A stretch of DNA of 64,000 nt, taken from positions 409,476 through 473,475 of the forward strand of contig JAQUPL010000001.1 in assembly GCA_028716565.1 (NCBI GenBank), written 5' to 3'. A program made the position numbers and the translations under genes. This stretch comes from Candidatus Omnitrophota bacterium (GTDB lineage: Bacteria; Omnitrophota; Gorgyraeia; Pluralincolimonadales; Pluralincolimonadaceae). How positions within the stretch are numbered: the stretch's first letter is position 1; each line of letters opens with the position of its first letter. The notes below the pieces were generated by a model. The model was not told the DNA's origin, did no database searches, and was given only the letters and a program-made list of their open reading frames with translations. Below are positions 28,368 through 38,088 of this stretch, in pieces.

Positions 28368-29300
28368 TCATCCTTGGGCTGATTTCTTCATTAATTCCAG
28401 CCCTTCTTTTACGGTCAAAAGCTTTATCTTCAGTTCTCTTTCGATCTTGGCGGTGTTATAGCTCGTGTTGCTCGGACGAGGCGCCAAATCTTTGAATGCG
28501 GCGCTTGAAACGGAGCTGATGAGGGCGCGGTTTAACCCAAAGATATCCGCCACAAGAAGGGCAAACTCATACCGGTTCAAGATATCTTTCCCGGCTATAT
28601 GATAAAGCCCCTCCTTGCCCGATCTTATAAGGGCCCATATTATCTCGGCGCAACTGGTATTTAACAACGGATTTTCAAAGACATCGTTCACCATCTTCAC
28701 CCCTTCGCCGCGGCCAAGCTTCTGGATCAACCAGGTAACGGGATTAGACCGCTCATTTTTGTTATTCCAGCCATACATCAGTATCGGCCTGACGATGAGG
28801 TGCTTCAAGCCGCTCTCCCTGACGATCTTTTCCCCTTCCAGTTTCATCTCGCCGTATTTGTTGATGGGCGAGGGCTTATCGTCCTCCGAATAGGGGGCGG
28901 ACTTGCCGTCAAAAACCGCGTTTGTGGATATGAAGGCCATCTCCGAGCCGTATTCCCTGCATAATTCCGTAATGACCTGCGTGCCGAATACGTTTGAATT
29001 CCGGGCAACATCGTAATTTCGCTCGCAATAATCTACGCTTGCGGCGCCGGCCGTGTGTATGACGACCTGGGGCCTTGCCTTGTCAAAGAGACTGCGCATT
29101 TCGTCCTTTTTGCAGATATCGGCCTTATGGTAGGCGACATTTGCCCCGTCTTGCATGTTATAGGCGCCGATATAGGCGGCACCTATCTTGGCATCCCCGC
29201 CGGTCTCGATAAGCGCTTTTCCCAGCAATCCCGTGCCGCCGGTGATCAATATCCTGTTTTTTCCCATTATCCTTCCCTTAACCCGTACCATGCGTAACAT
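28368..29300 (-). CDS. dTDP-4-dehydrorhamnose reductase (RmlD)-like SDR
   Basis: ILITGGTGLLG, VVIHTAGAASVDYCE, NAVFDG...PYSEDD...NKYGEMK are RmlD-like. Probable true start MGKNRIL at about 29267. Confidence 0.6.
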   Translation of the reverse strand: MLRMVRVKGRIMGKNRILITGGTGLLGKALIETGGDAKIGAAYIGAYNMQDGANVAYHKADICKKDEMRSLFDKARPQVVIHTAGAASVDYCERNYDVARNSNVFGTQVITELCREYGSEMAFISTNAVFDGKSAPYSEDDKPSPINKYGEMKLEGEKIVRESGLKHLIVRPILMYGWNNKNERSNPVTWLIQKLGRGEGVKMVNDVFENPLLNTSCAEIIWALIRSGKEGLYHIAGKDILNRYEFALLVADIFGLNRALISSVSSAAFKDLAPRPSNTSYNTAKIERELKIKLLTVKEGLELMKKSAQG

Positions 29301-31005
29301 GCTTTAAGAAGACTAAATAATCCGGCGGGGAGAAAAATTCCTTAATATTAAATTCGGGGTACTCCTTAGTCCCAAGCGCGGCAACAAGCTTCTCCTTGAA
29401 ATCGTCCGCAAAAGAAACCTCTAAATAGTCCCTTATAAAATACTCGAGCCCCAAAGAAATACCCTCGGGGATGTAATACAGCGTTTTAACGCCCAGTGAG
29501 AGGGCTTCAAACACTACCGTTGACGCGGAGGTGACCAGCAAAAAACAATCCTCCAGCAGTCCACTCATGTCTTTTCCGGTAAATTCGCAATTTTCATATC
29601 CGGAGAACTCTTTGGCAAGTAAGACTGAGCCCCATGAATACGGGTGGGGCTTGATAAGGAACTTATATCCGTTGAATTCACCGCTAGCCAGGCACGCGAG
29701 GACCTGCCTTTGTAAAGATACTGTTACCTCGGGGAAAATAGGAAGGGCAACGACGATATTATTCGTCTTCCTCCCGTTACGGTCCTTGCCGCGAAGAAAG
29801 AGGTGCTGAAGCCGGGTAGCGCCGGCCTCCTCCACCCGGCAGGCCCTATAGCGATCTTTTAAAAAATCGAGCCACTTCTTCCCGGCAGCCAGTATCACCT
29901 CCGGCAGGGGCGCATCCTTCTCGAAAACCGAAACGTGGTAATCCAGCCAATTGACCGGAATCGTCATATGCTGGTAGGCGATCTTCTTTACCTTCTCACC
30001 GAAAGCAAGGTTGAGCATCTTCTCCCACGGCTGGTTCTCGAACGGATATATCATAGAAGTCCCCGGAGCCAGCTTTTTTGCAAGGTTCCTGTAACAGTAA
30101 TAATAGAAAAGGTACGCCTGGAAGCCGTTCGTCTCGTTCTCGTTCTTTTCTTCGTTCTTCAGGAGAAAATCCAGCAATTCCTTGTCTTTGATACCGCTGT
30201 CTTCGGAGGGCCCGCAGTCAATAGACATCCTGGTAAAGAATACGCGCAAAAAGTCTGCCAATCTTAAATATGGCAGGAGAAGCGCGATATCCTTAAAATT
30301 TTTTTTCAATTCAATCGCGTGTTTACGCTCTACAAAAAGCGGCGTTACCCTGAAGACACCACGGCCGTTCTTTCTTAAAAAACTTTCCAACCCCCCGAAG
30401 TATGGGTCATTGTACTCCGGAAGCCGCGAGAAGACCCTGTCGTCGATAAAGCTGTGCAGCAAGGTATCGCCGGCTTTAGGCCCGGCGGAAGTAAAGAACA
30501 ACCTGAAAAATAGCCAATGGAAAAATATGTCAAAGAACGCCCGGGCGCCCTTGATCTTTTTCAGGGCCGTCTTTAGATAGTCCGGAGCCACCGGCCCGCA
30601 GACCTCTGTATTCGGAAGCCGGAGCCGCTTAAGATTCGCCAAAAGCCGGATGTCGTCCGCCAAAAATACATGGCTGCCTTTGGAAGCCGCATAGGATCCT
30701 ATGAGCTTGATATATACATATTGGTGGAACATGGCCATCTGGGAAGTCGACTTAGATGCCACCCTGCTCGAATACCACAGTACCCTGTCCTTTTGGAGCG
30801 TCGAGACCTTTCCTATATAGTCGATGTAATTATCCCTGACCAGAGAGACAATCCGTTCTATCCCCTTGCCCACAAATACCCTTTTCTGCCTGCCGAGGAC
30901 GGCCTCGGCCGGGCAAGATCCTTTATCGACGCCCAGGTAAGACCAGGACAAGCCTTTTAATTTTTCTATATTACGTCTATCTTCCGGAAAGACAATGTAT
31001 ACCAT
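29278..31005 (-). CDS. hypothetical GT-B-like protein with KPHP motif (TagF/Glyphos_transf or KpsC/KpsS Capsule_synth-like)
   Basis: 575 aa. FLIKPHPYSWG followed by LLVTSASTVVFEALSLGVKT, the pattern shared by CDP-glycerol glycerophosphotransferases and capsule beta-Kdo transferases. Confidence 0.35.
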   Translation of the reverse strand: MVYIVFPEDRRNIEKLKGLSWSYLGVDKGSCPAEAVLGRQKRVFVGKGIERIVSLVRDNYIDYIGKVSTLQKDRVLWYSSRVASKSTSQMAMFHQYVYIKLIGSYAASKGSHVFLADDIRLLANLKRLRLPNTEVCGPVAPDYLKTALKKIKGARAFFDIFFHWLFFRLFFTSAGPKAGDTLLHSFIDDRVFSRLPEYNDPYFGGLESFLRKNGRGVFRVTPLFVERKHAIELKKNFKDIALLLPYLRLADFLRVFFTRMSIDCGPSEDSGIKDKELLDFLLKNEEKNENETNGFQAYLFYYYCYRNLAKKLAPGTSMIYPFENQPWEKMLNLAFGEKVKKIAYQHMTIPVNWLDYHVSVFEKDAPLPEVILAAGKKWLDFLKDRYRACRVEEAGATRLQHLFLRGKDRNGRKTNNIVVALPIFPEVTVSLQRQVLACLASGEFNGYKFLIKPHPYSWGSVLLAKEFSGYENCEFTGKDMSGLLEDCFLLVTSASTVVFEALSLGVKTLYYIPEGISLGLEYFIRDYLEVSFADDFKEKLVAALGTKEYPEFNIKEFFSPPDYLVFLKHVTHGTG

Positions 31006-31011
31006 TAAATA

Positions 31012-31653
31012 TTATAAGGATCCCAGGATAGAAGACAATCCGGACAGGTCGTTTATCTTCAGGCAATCTACCGCCGCGAAAATACCGGTATTGCCGTTTA
31101 TCCGCGCGATGAACCTGACGCCGTTATCTTTTGCCGCCGAATAATCGCTCATCGCGTCGCCGACGTACACCGCCTCGCCGGGCGATAACCGGTTTCCGCT
31201 TAAGATATCTTTTACGATGGCCGATTTCGATTTGGGCGCGCCGTAAATACCCGCAAAATACCGGGCCATCTTCCTCTTCTGCGCTATCTCTTCGATCTCC
31301 TCCTGCGGGGTAGCGGACGCGATAAAGCATTTGTATCCGGCGCTGTAAGCTTCAAGGAATTCCCTGCCGCCTTTGACATAAGGGGCGTTTACGACTTCTT
31401 CGAGGACAAGGCCGGAGAAACGCTCGCAGAGTTCCTTGAACCTGCGTTCCGTAAGCTCCTTCTTAAGGAGCGTCTTGTAAAAATATTTTATCTTATCGAA
31501 CCTTGATACGCCGGTATGCCTCACATGATAATCGACGACCTGCTTGACGATCTCAGGGCCTTCATCCTCAAACAGCCTGGCGAACGCGTTTGTCTTTATA
31601 TCGACCGATTCAACGAGGACGCCGTCGAAGTCGAATACTATCGCCTTAATCAC
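31012..31653 (-). CDS. HAD-superfamily hydrolase (subfamily IA phosphatase/phosphomutase-like)
   Basis: IVFDFDGVLVES motif I and VGDAMSDYSAAKDNG motif IV. Confidence 0.7.
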   Translation of the reverse strand: MIKAIVFDFDGVLVESVDIKTNAFARLFEDEGPEIVKQVVDYHVRHTGVSRFDKIKYFYKTLLKKELTERRFKELCERFSGLVLEEVVNAPYVKGGREFLEAYSAGYKCFIASATPQEEIEEIAQKRKMARYFAGIYGAPKSKSAIVKDILSGNRLSPGEAVYVGDAMSDYSAAKDNGVRFIARINGNTGIFAAVDCLKINDLSGLSSILGSL

Positions 31654-32311
31654 TAAAACCTCCTATGATAGTGCATGGCGCGCTGTCTGCTCCCTCAACC
31701 CTAAGCGGCGAGACCGTCGCTTCGGACAGGCCCTTTAGGTCGCACGATAAGTCCATATCTTCTATTATAAGGACGGGGTTGTTCTCGCCCTCCGGGTCCA
31801 GGAATGCCTTGTGGGCCTGCCTGCCGATAGGACGGGCGCAGAACGGGGAAACGGATATCCAGTCGATCCCCACGGCCCTTATGTTAGGCAGCTTCTTCCT
31901 TATATACATCCCCACGTCAGGGTGTATCCCCGGGTTCTCCTTGCAGTACAATTCCTTGTCCCTGTGCCTTGTCCAGCCGGACTTCAAAAGCAGGATGTCC
32001 TTCGACCCGTCTATCTTCTCCAGCCACTTGCCGGCGCTCAAAAGCTCCGAAGGGGCCAGCGTGACGTCAATGGCCTGGGGAGCCCTGAAGACCCAAAATT
32101 CGGGCGGATAATCCGCGGCCTTCTTCCCGGCCTCAAAAAAATGATTGGGCGCATCTACGTGGGTACCCCAATGGCTTCCCATCGAAAACCGGTAGATGTT
32201 AGCCGAGCCGCCCCCTGAGATAGAACCTGTCTTGGCCATATCGAGGGAGTGTCCGCCGCCGTACGCGGGCAATTTATCCGTTAAGAGATGGGATAAAAAC
32301 CTGTATATCAT
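31646..32311 (-). CDS. cyclase-family metal hydrolase (kynurenine formamidase-like, PF04199-type)
   Basis: SHWGTHVDAPNHF (HxGTHxDAPxH) motif. Confidence 0.6.
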   Translation of the reverse strand: MIYRFLSHLLTDKLPAYGGGHSLDMAKTGSISGGGSANIYRFSMGSHWGTHVDAPNHFFEAGKKAADYPPEFWVFRAPQAIDVTLAPSELLSAGKWLEKIDGSKDILLLKSGWTRHRDKELYCKENPGIHPDVGMYIRKKLPNIRAVGIDWISVSPFCARPIGRQAHKAFLDPEGENNPVLIIEDMDLSCDLKGLSEATVSPLRVEGADSAPCTIIGGFSD

Positions 32312-33225
32312 TTTCCGGCTTTCTTTTTAGCTGCTTTTACGGCATGATCCGCGCGCGGGCTGAATTGCTTGTGCATTTCATAAATGCTGTCCAGGATCCC
32401 CTGGCTCAGGTCGAGATAAGTCTTGCTCGCCAGCCTCTTGCCTATCCTGGGCTTAAACGAATAAGGCGTTATCTCGTAGTGGCCGCTCTCCCTCGGGGAC
32501 AGGAATTCGATATCTATCTTGTTATCGAACATCTCGCGTATCATGACGAGGAGGTCTTTTATCCTCATCTGCTGGTTCCCGGTGAGGATCACGTGCTGGT
32601 TGGAGAACTCCTTCGCGAGTATTTCAACACTTCCTTTGGAGGCGTCGAATACGTGTATATATTCCCTTAATTCTTCCCCGTCGCCGTACCGCCTTATCTT
32701 GCCTTCGGTCAGGGCCTCTCTTATTATCCTGTGGATGAAATTGCCTTTATCCGACCGCGGGCCGTAAAGGGACCCGTAACGCAGGATCGTATAGGGAAGG
32801 CCGTACACTTCGTGGTAGTCCTCGATCAAGAACTCGCATGCCTGTTTAGCGCTCCTGTAGAACGAACCGGCCTTGCTGTAGACGTAAAGGGAGCTGGCAA
32901 ATACGAACCTTTTGATGCCGGCTTTCCTTGCGGCTTCCAGCAGCACGGAATTGCCGAGTATATTGGCCTTCACGGTATCGATAGGCCGCTTGCTCGCTTC
33001 CTCTATGTCCGCAATTCCGGCAAAATTATAGACGACCTCGCACCCCTTCATGCTCTTTGACACCAATTCCTCGTCCAGCACGTCGCCTACGATCATCTTT
33101 TGCCCCTTCTTGAGATATTGTGAGCGGACAAGGTCATAAACTATGACATCGTGCCCGGCATCGGTCAGGGCGTCCGCCACATGACTGCCGAGGAATCCCG
33201 AACCGCCAAAGACTATGACTTTCAT
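32308..33225 (-). CDS. NAD-dependent epimerase/dehydratase (SDR)
   Basis: VFGGSGFLGSH Rossmann motif and YRSAK (YxxxK). Confidence 0.65.
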   Translation of the reverse strand: MKVIVFGGSGFLGSHVADALTDAGHDVIVYDLVRSQYLKKGQKMIVGDVLDEELVSKSMKGCEVVYNFAGIADIEEASKRPIDTVKANILGNSVLLEAARKAGIKRFVFASSLYVYSKAGSFYRSAKQACEFLIEDYHEVYGLPYTILRYGSLYGPRSDKGNFIHRIIREALTEGKIRRYGDGEELREYIHVFDASKGSVEILAKEFSNQHVILTGNQQMRIKDLLVMIREMFDNKIDIEFLSPRESGHYEITPYSFKPRIGKRLASKTYLDLSQGILDSIYEMHKQFSPRADHAVKAAKKKAGK

Positions 33226-34145
33226 TTAACGTCCTCCAGTCCTTTTAACAGATTCTTCACCGCTTCCACCTCCATCTGTATCCTTGCCTCCCTGGCATAA
33301 GAACCGATGTGCGGCGTAAGTATGACATTTTCCATCTCTTTTAAAGGCCCCTGGTAGGGCTCCTGCTCAAAGACATCCATTGCCGCCCCTGACAGGCTGC
33401 CGTCTTTCAAGGCGCGGCATAAGGCCGCTTCGTCGACCATTCCTCCGCGCGACACATTGACGACCCACGCAAGTTTCTTCATCTTCTTAAGCTCGTTCTC
33501 CCCCAGCAGGTATCCTTCTTTTGTCTTGGAGACGTGTATCAGAACTATATCGGACGTACTTAATAATTCGTCGAGCCCGGTCTTTTTGGCGCCTGCGGCC
33601 GGCTGCCCGGCGGCATCCTTTATGTCATAATATGACAATTCGCATTTAAACGGGCCCAATAACTCCGCCACTTTCCTTCCTATGCGGCCAAAACCGATTA
33701 TGCCGACCCGTTTCCCGCTCAGGAGGCTTCCCATCCTTTTTTTCCATTTCCCGCCGCGGATCTCCCTGTCCATCTGGGACGTCCTTCTCAACAGGCTTAA
33801 CAATAATCCCACGGTAAGCTCAGCCACGGCGAGCGTCGGGGCGTCGGGCGTATTAAAGACGCGTATGCCTAACTCCGCGGCTGCCTTCAGGTCCACATTA
33901 TCCATCCCGGCTCCGCAGCGTGATATGACTTTAAGGCCGGGAAGGCGGGCCAAGTTATCCCTGTCGAGCGGCTCGGTCCCGGCGACGATGCCTACCGCAC
34001 CCGAAGCGAGCTTGGCTATCTCGTCTTTTGCCAGGCTCCTGCCGTTCGTGTTCAGGCCGGCCTCATAACCTGCCTCTTTGAGCAGGTCAAGCGGCGCGCG
34101 GTCAAATTCCCCAAAACTCGATGTCGAAATAAATATTTTTTTCAT
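33222..34145 (-). CDS. D-isomer-specific 2-hydroxyacid dehydrogenase (phosphoglycerate dehydrogenase-like)
   Basis: VGIIGFGRIGRKVAELL NAD-binding motif and a conserved R/E/H catalytic-region layout. Confidence 0.75.
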   Translation of the reverse strand: MKKIFISTSSFGEFDRAPLDLLKEAGYEAGLNTNGRSLAKDEIAKLASGAVGIVAGTEPLDRDNLARLPGLKVISRCGAGMDNVDLKAAAELGIRVFNTPDAPTLAVAELTVGLLLSLLRRTSQMDREIRGGKWKKRMGSLLSGKRVGIIGFGRIGRKVAELLGPFKCELSYYDIKDAAGQPAAGAKKTGLDELLSTSDIVLIHVSKTKEGYLLGENELKKMKKLAWVVNVSRGGMVDEAALCRALKDGSLSGAAMDVFEQEPYQGPLKEMENVILTPHIGSYAREARIQMEVEAVKNLLKGLEDVK

Positions 34146-34155
34146 GGGCTCCTCG

Positions 34156-35649
34156 TTAGAAATACTTCTTTTGGTATTCTTCGCTCAATTTCTTGAATAT
34201 CGCTTCGCTTCCCGGTTCAAGATTCTCAACTTTTTCGATATCAGGCCACATCGCTTCCGGGAACTTCACATAGAGACAGAATGTCTTGAGGAGCTGGTTG
34301 AGGCGCTCCTTTGTAATATTCTTGTTCTTTATGACACTATTCTGCAGGAGCGAGGCATTCGTGACAGAGCGGTCGATAAGGCCGTCCTTTACGCAAAGGT
34401 CATATAATCTCGTCCCGGTATAGGGATAGAATATGAAAACGCTCACCGTATCCGACCTTACCTTCCTGTTCAATCTTATGGTGTCAAAGATGAGTTCGCG
34501 CGTCTCATAGGGGAACCCTATGATATTGTTGACGCTCAGGGGGACGCCCACTTTATTGATGGTCTCGGTGGCCCTGATAAATTGATCGTTGGTAAAGTTC
34601 TTCCTTATTATCTTTCTCCTGAATTCCTCGTTGCCGTGTTCGAGCCCGACGGTGATACGGTCGCAGCCGCAATCCTTAAGCAGCCGCACCTTATCTTCGC
34701 TTATCGTCTCCACCCGCGACTGGCACCAGAAAGGAAGGCCGACCTCGTCCCTTATCCTCGACATCAACTTCACTAATACATCATCTCGGAGCGTCAGGAA
34801 AGTGTCGCTGTTAAAATAAAGGTACTCGAGACGGTATTTTTCCGCCATCTCTTTCATCTCTTCGATTATCTTCCCGGGGTCCTTCTTCCTGAAATAGCAT
34901 CCGCCGTTCTGCTCCCGGTACCAGTTCCGGTAAGCGGGCGAGGCACAAAAACTGCAGTCATAAGGGCATCCCCTGTCAAAGTCTACAGGCAGCATCCTGT
35001 ACATCTTTCCCTGCATGGGGCTGTGCAGCCTCTTTGGGTCAAAAAGCGAATAGTCGGGGGTAGGCAGCTTGTCCAGGTCGACCAGCGGCCTGACCTTGTT
35101 CTTGACGACCTCGCTGCCGCGCCTAAAGCATAAGTTTTGGACGTCCGAGTGATCCAGGCCGTTTTGCATCCTTTCGCATAATTCCACCAAAGCGCCTTCG
35201 CCTTCGCCGAGGCAGATGGAATCTATCTCCTTATTCTCAAACGCCTTCTCCTTGAGGTAAGAGATATAAATGCCGCCGAAGATGGTCGGCGGCCTGTCCT
35301 TACCCAACGATCCTATCAGCCTTAAAGCTAGCGGCATCGTGTCTTCCACGACCGTAACGCCTATCAGGTCGGGCTTGAATTCAGCGACCTTTTTTTTGAA
35401 ATCTTCGGTAACATCCGTTTTTTTGATGGATATCCCGTAATCCTGGGCGTCATAGCTCCTTACCTGCAGGTACGACTTCCGGATCTCGTCCGGGTTCTCC
35501 ATGTCGGTGCAGTAATATGTGGTATCGAACAACCCGACTTCAAAACCCTTCTGCTTAAGGCAAGCCGTGAGCAGCCCTATGGACGGGGGAAGCAGGTTCT
35601 TCATCATCATGTTCGGATATACCAACAGCGCTTTTATGTTATTCTTCAT
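34156..35649 (-). CDS. B12-binding (class B) radical SAM protein
   Basis: RGCPYDCSFCASPAY and an N-terminal B12-binding-like domain. Confidence 0.75.
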   Translation of the reverse strand: MKNNIKALLVYPNMMMKNLLPPSIGLLTACLKQKGFEVGLFDTTYYCTDMENPDEIRKSYLQVRSYDAQDYGISIKKTDVTEDFKKKVAEFKPDLIGVTVVEDTMPLALRLIGSLGKDRPPTIFGGIYISYLKEKAFENKEIDSICLGEGEGALVELCERMQNGLDHSDVQNLCFRRGSEVVKNKVRPLVDLDKLPTPDYSLFDPKRLHSPMQGKMYRMLPVDFDRGCPYDCSFCASPAYRNWYREQNGGCYFRKKDPGKIIEEMKEMAEKYRLEYLYFNSDTFLTLRDDVLVKLMSRIRDEVGLPFWCQSRVETISEDKVRLLKDCGCDRITVGLEHGNEEFRRKIIRKNFTNDQFIRATETINKVGVPLSVNNIIGFPYETRELIFDTIRLNRKVRSDTVSVFIFYPYTGTRLYDLCVKDGLIDRSVTNASLLQNSVIKNKNITKERLNQLLKTFCLYVKFPEAMWPDIEKVENLEPGSEAIFKKLSEEYQKKYF

Positions 35650-36461
35650 TTTCCAGGCTTCCGATCCGGGGATCCCTTGGCGGTAAACGCTTCTTTAATT
35701 ACCTTGTAAATCTGTCCGTGTCCTAATCCGGTGTAATGGACGCCGTCGTAGGAAAGTTTTTCGGGCCTATAAGCGGCCCCCTCAAAAGGATAGAGATATT
35801 CGATCCTGCCGCTCATCCCGCAGATTCCGGCTAAAAATCTGTTAGAATCTTTCAGTTTTGTAAAAAACTCTTTCGGCCGATTCCTTTTGATCTTTATTCC
35901 CTGGCTTACTTCTAACGTGCCCATGAGTATCGCGTTTCCCGAATGGCGTTCGATGCAATCCGCTATCTCCTTCTTGAACCTCTCCCGGTTAAAATCTATG
36001 GAGTAGAGATCCTTGATTTCGCCGTTCGATAGCAGGTATTTGCTTAATCTTTCAACCCGGAACCGCGCTTTTTTAAAATAGACGGCCTTTTGGTCCAGTA
36101 TATCGTTTATTATTTCAATCTTTTTCGGAGTAAAGTCGACGAGCCCGATCTCGGTGATCAAATGCTTAAAATAGAGTTTGTTCGACTCCAGGAAATTTAC
36201 CAGCGTCAAAAAGACCGTGCATTCCTTGGGACGGACCACAAGCATTACTGACATCTTCTTGTCCTTAAAATAACGGAACATCCTCATGCTCCAGCTGTCA
36301 TTGATAGATTTGATGTTGGAGCTCCTTGAATCGGAAAATATCAATACGTCTATCGCGCCTTTTTTCGGAAGGTTGCAGCATTTGAATACAAAGTCCCTGT
36401 TCGGGTTATCCCTGCCCGGCCCGAATTTCAGTCCTGCCTGTTTTTTCCCGCTTCTCGCCAT
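35646..36461 (-). CDS. SGNH/GDSL-type hydrolase-like protein
   Basis: DVLIFSDSRS near the N-terminus and DGVHYT (DxxH) near the C-terminus fit the SGNH blocks I and V. Confidence 0.4.
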   Translation of the reverse strand: MARSGKKQAGLKFGPGRDNPNRDFVFKCCNLPKKGAIDVLIFSDSRSSNIKSINDSWSMRMFRYFKDKKMSVMLVVRPKECTVFLTLVNFLESNKLYFKHLITEIGLVDFTPKKIEIINDILDQKAVYFKKARFRVERLSKYLLSNGEIKDLYSIDFNRERFKKEIADCIERHSGNAILMGTLEVSQGIKIKRNRPKEFFTKLKDSNRFLAGICGMSGRIEYLYPFEGAAYRPEKLSYDGVHYTGLGHGQIYKVIKEAFTAKGSPDRKPGK

Positions 36462-36471
36462 TTCCGGTATC

Positions 36472-37089
36472 TCAGCCCCTGCAATCCGCCTTTATTACCT
36501 TTGCGGGAACCCCGCAAGCCAGGGCCCCCGGCGGTATATCGCGGTTCACGACTGCGCCGGCGCCTATGACGGCTCCTTTACCTATCGTCACATTGCGCAG
36601 CACGACCGCATTTGCGCCTATCCAGACATCATCCTCCACGACTATCCTGCCTCCGGTATGGCCTTGTTTGTTGATAGGGATATCCTTGCGTCCGTATATG
36701 TGGTTGCTCGCGCGAATGACGACATTCGGCCCGATCGCCACGTTGTCGCCCAGGATTATTTCGCCGTCGTTTGCGGCCCCTATTATCACGTTGCTGTTCA
36801 TGTTGACCCCGTTGCCGATCTTGATGGTCCCGTTATCATTGGCATAAAGGCAGCAGTTGTGCATTATATTCACGCGATCGCCCATAGTGATGCCTTTCGG
36901 GTTCGTGACCCTGCAGCCGTATGAGATAATGAAGGAACGGCACCGGAGGAATTGCGGCGACCAGTATAAGCGCCGCGCCAATATCCCTATCCTTCCCGGA
37001 AGATAAGCGATAAACAACCTCTCGAACCACTCCCTGCACTCGGCGACCACCGTTCCTGCGGCGCGTTTCATGTTTCCTATCAAGCTCAT
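36472..37089 (-). CDS. hexapeptide-repeat (left-handed beta-helix) sugar O/N-acetyltransferase (WcaF/WbbJ-like)
   Basis: Tandem hexapeptide repeats IGNGVNMNSNVIIGAANDGEIILGDNVAIGPNVVI...IGANAVV. Confidence 0.7.
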   Translation of the reverse strand: MSLIGNMKRAAGTVVAECREWFERLFIAYLPGRIGILARRLYWSPQFLRCRSFIISYGCRVTNPKGITMGDRVNIMHNCCLYANDNGTIKIGNGVNMNSNVIIGAANDGEIILGDNVAIGPNVVIRASNHIYGRKDIPINKQGHTGGRIVVEDDVWIGANAVVLRNVTIGKGAVIGAGAVVNRDIPPGALACGVPAKVIKADCRG

Positions 37090-38078
37090 GACAAGGGCCC
37101 TTTCTTCCTGGCTATTATCCGCATATGGGAACTGAGATCGTTACTTGCGATCCAATCCTGCAACCCTTCCTTGCACACGTCAGTGCCGGAACGCGCTACC
37201 ATCTCCCATAGCCTGCCGGCTTTTACGCCTTCATCCTTTATCATCCCTTCGACTATATCCCAGTCAAGCTTGCCCGGCGTCGAGACCTCTTCCGCCTCGA
37301 AACCGATCCTCTCCATCAAATATCTCAATGAATGGGGATTAAAGAAATTAAGGTGGTGGGGCGGCGAAATACTCTTTGACTTTTCCCATAACAGCAGTAT
37401 GTCAAAGCCCATCCCGTTCAAGGTGGTCGCGAACAGCCGTCCGCCCGGCTTCAAGAGCGAGTGGGCCTTCTTGAAAAAGGAAAACGGGTCATGCAGGTGC
37501 TCGGCCAGTTCAAAAATGCTGAGCACATCGAATGAGCCGTCCAGGCCGGTTATATCTTCCATGCATGCGCATTCCACCTCAAGGCCGTTCTTTTTGCAGA
37601 TATCGGCCATTTCCAATGACGGCTCTACCGCAATATACTTGTTCCCGGAGGCAATATCCCTCAATTCTTCAAGGAAGATCCCGAACCCGGCCCCTATGTC
37701 CCCTATGACAAGCTCCCCGCTTTTACCGAGCATCTTGGCCAGATATTCCGCCCTCGGCCTGAATATCTTTTCCCTCCTGGCCGCGGCTACCGGCTTAAAG
37801 AACTCGTTTACCCAATAACTCGTCGAAGGCGAGTTTGAGTAAAATTCCTTCAATTTATTGAACGGCGGCCTCGGATTCACGAACAGGGTTGAACATTTCT
37901 TGCATGACACATACTTAAAACCCGCCTTTTCAAACTCGAAGGTGTGCTCTGCGCCGCCGCAGGACGGGCACCCGGCCGCGGCAAACGAAGCCGGGTCAAA
38001 GAATTCCCGCGCGTCTTTTTCGACCAACTCGAGATACTTATTGAATGTACTGCGTTTTCTTATATCGTTTTCTTTCAT
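37086..38078 (-). CDS. SAM-dependent methyltransferase with N-terminal Cys4 zinc ribbon (sugar C/O-methyltransferase-like)
   Basis: CPSCGG...CKKCS zinc ribbon, then IGDIGAGFGIF motif I. Confidence 0.6.
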   Translation of the reverse strand: MKENDIRKRSTFNKYLELVEKDAREFFDPASFAAAGCPSCGGAEHTFEFEKAGFKYVSCKKCSTLFVNPRPPFNKLKEFYSNSPSTSYWVNEFFKPVAAARREKIFRPRAEYLAKMLGKSGELVIGDIGAGFGIFLEELRDIASGNKYIAVEPSLEMADICKKNGLEVECACMEDITGLDGSFDVLSIFELAEHLHDPFSFFKKAHSLLKPGGRLFATTLNGMGFDILLLWEKSKSISPPHHLNFFNPHSLRYLMERIGFEAEEVSTPGKLDWDIVEGMIKDEGVKAGRLWEMVARSGTDVCKEGLQDWIASNDLSSHMRIIARKKGPLS

Positions 38079-38088
38079 GGTATCCCGC

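Noticed and set aside
31012-31653. KdsC (Kdo-8-P phosphatase) call for the HAD protein
   Set aside because: The DFDGVLVES motif followed by a helical cap region (TNAFARLFEDEG) indicates HAD subfamily IA (phosphomutase or phosphatase-like), not the capless IIIA KdsC type.
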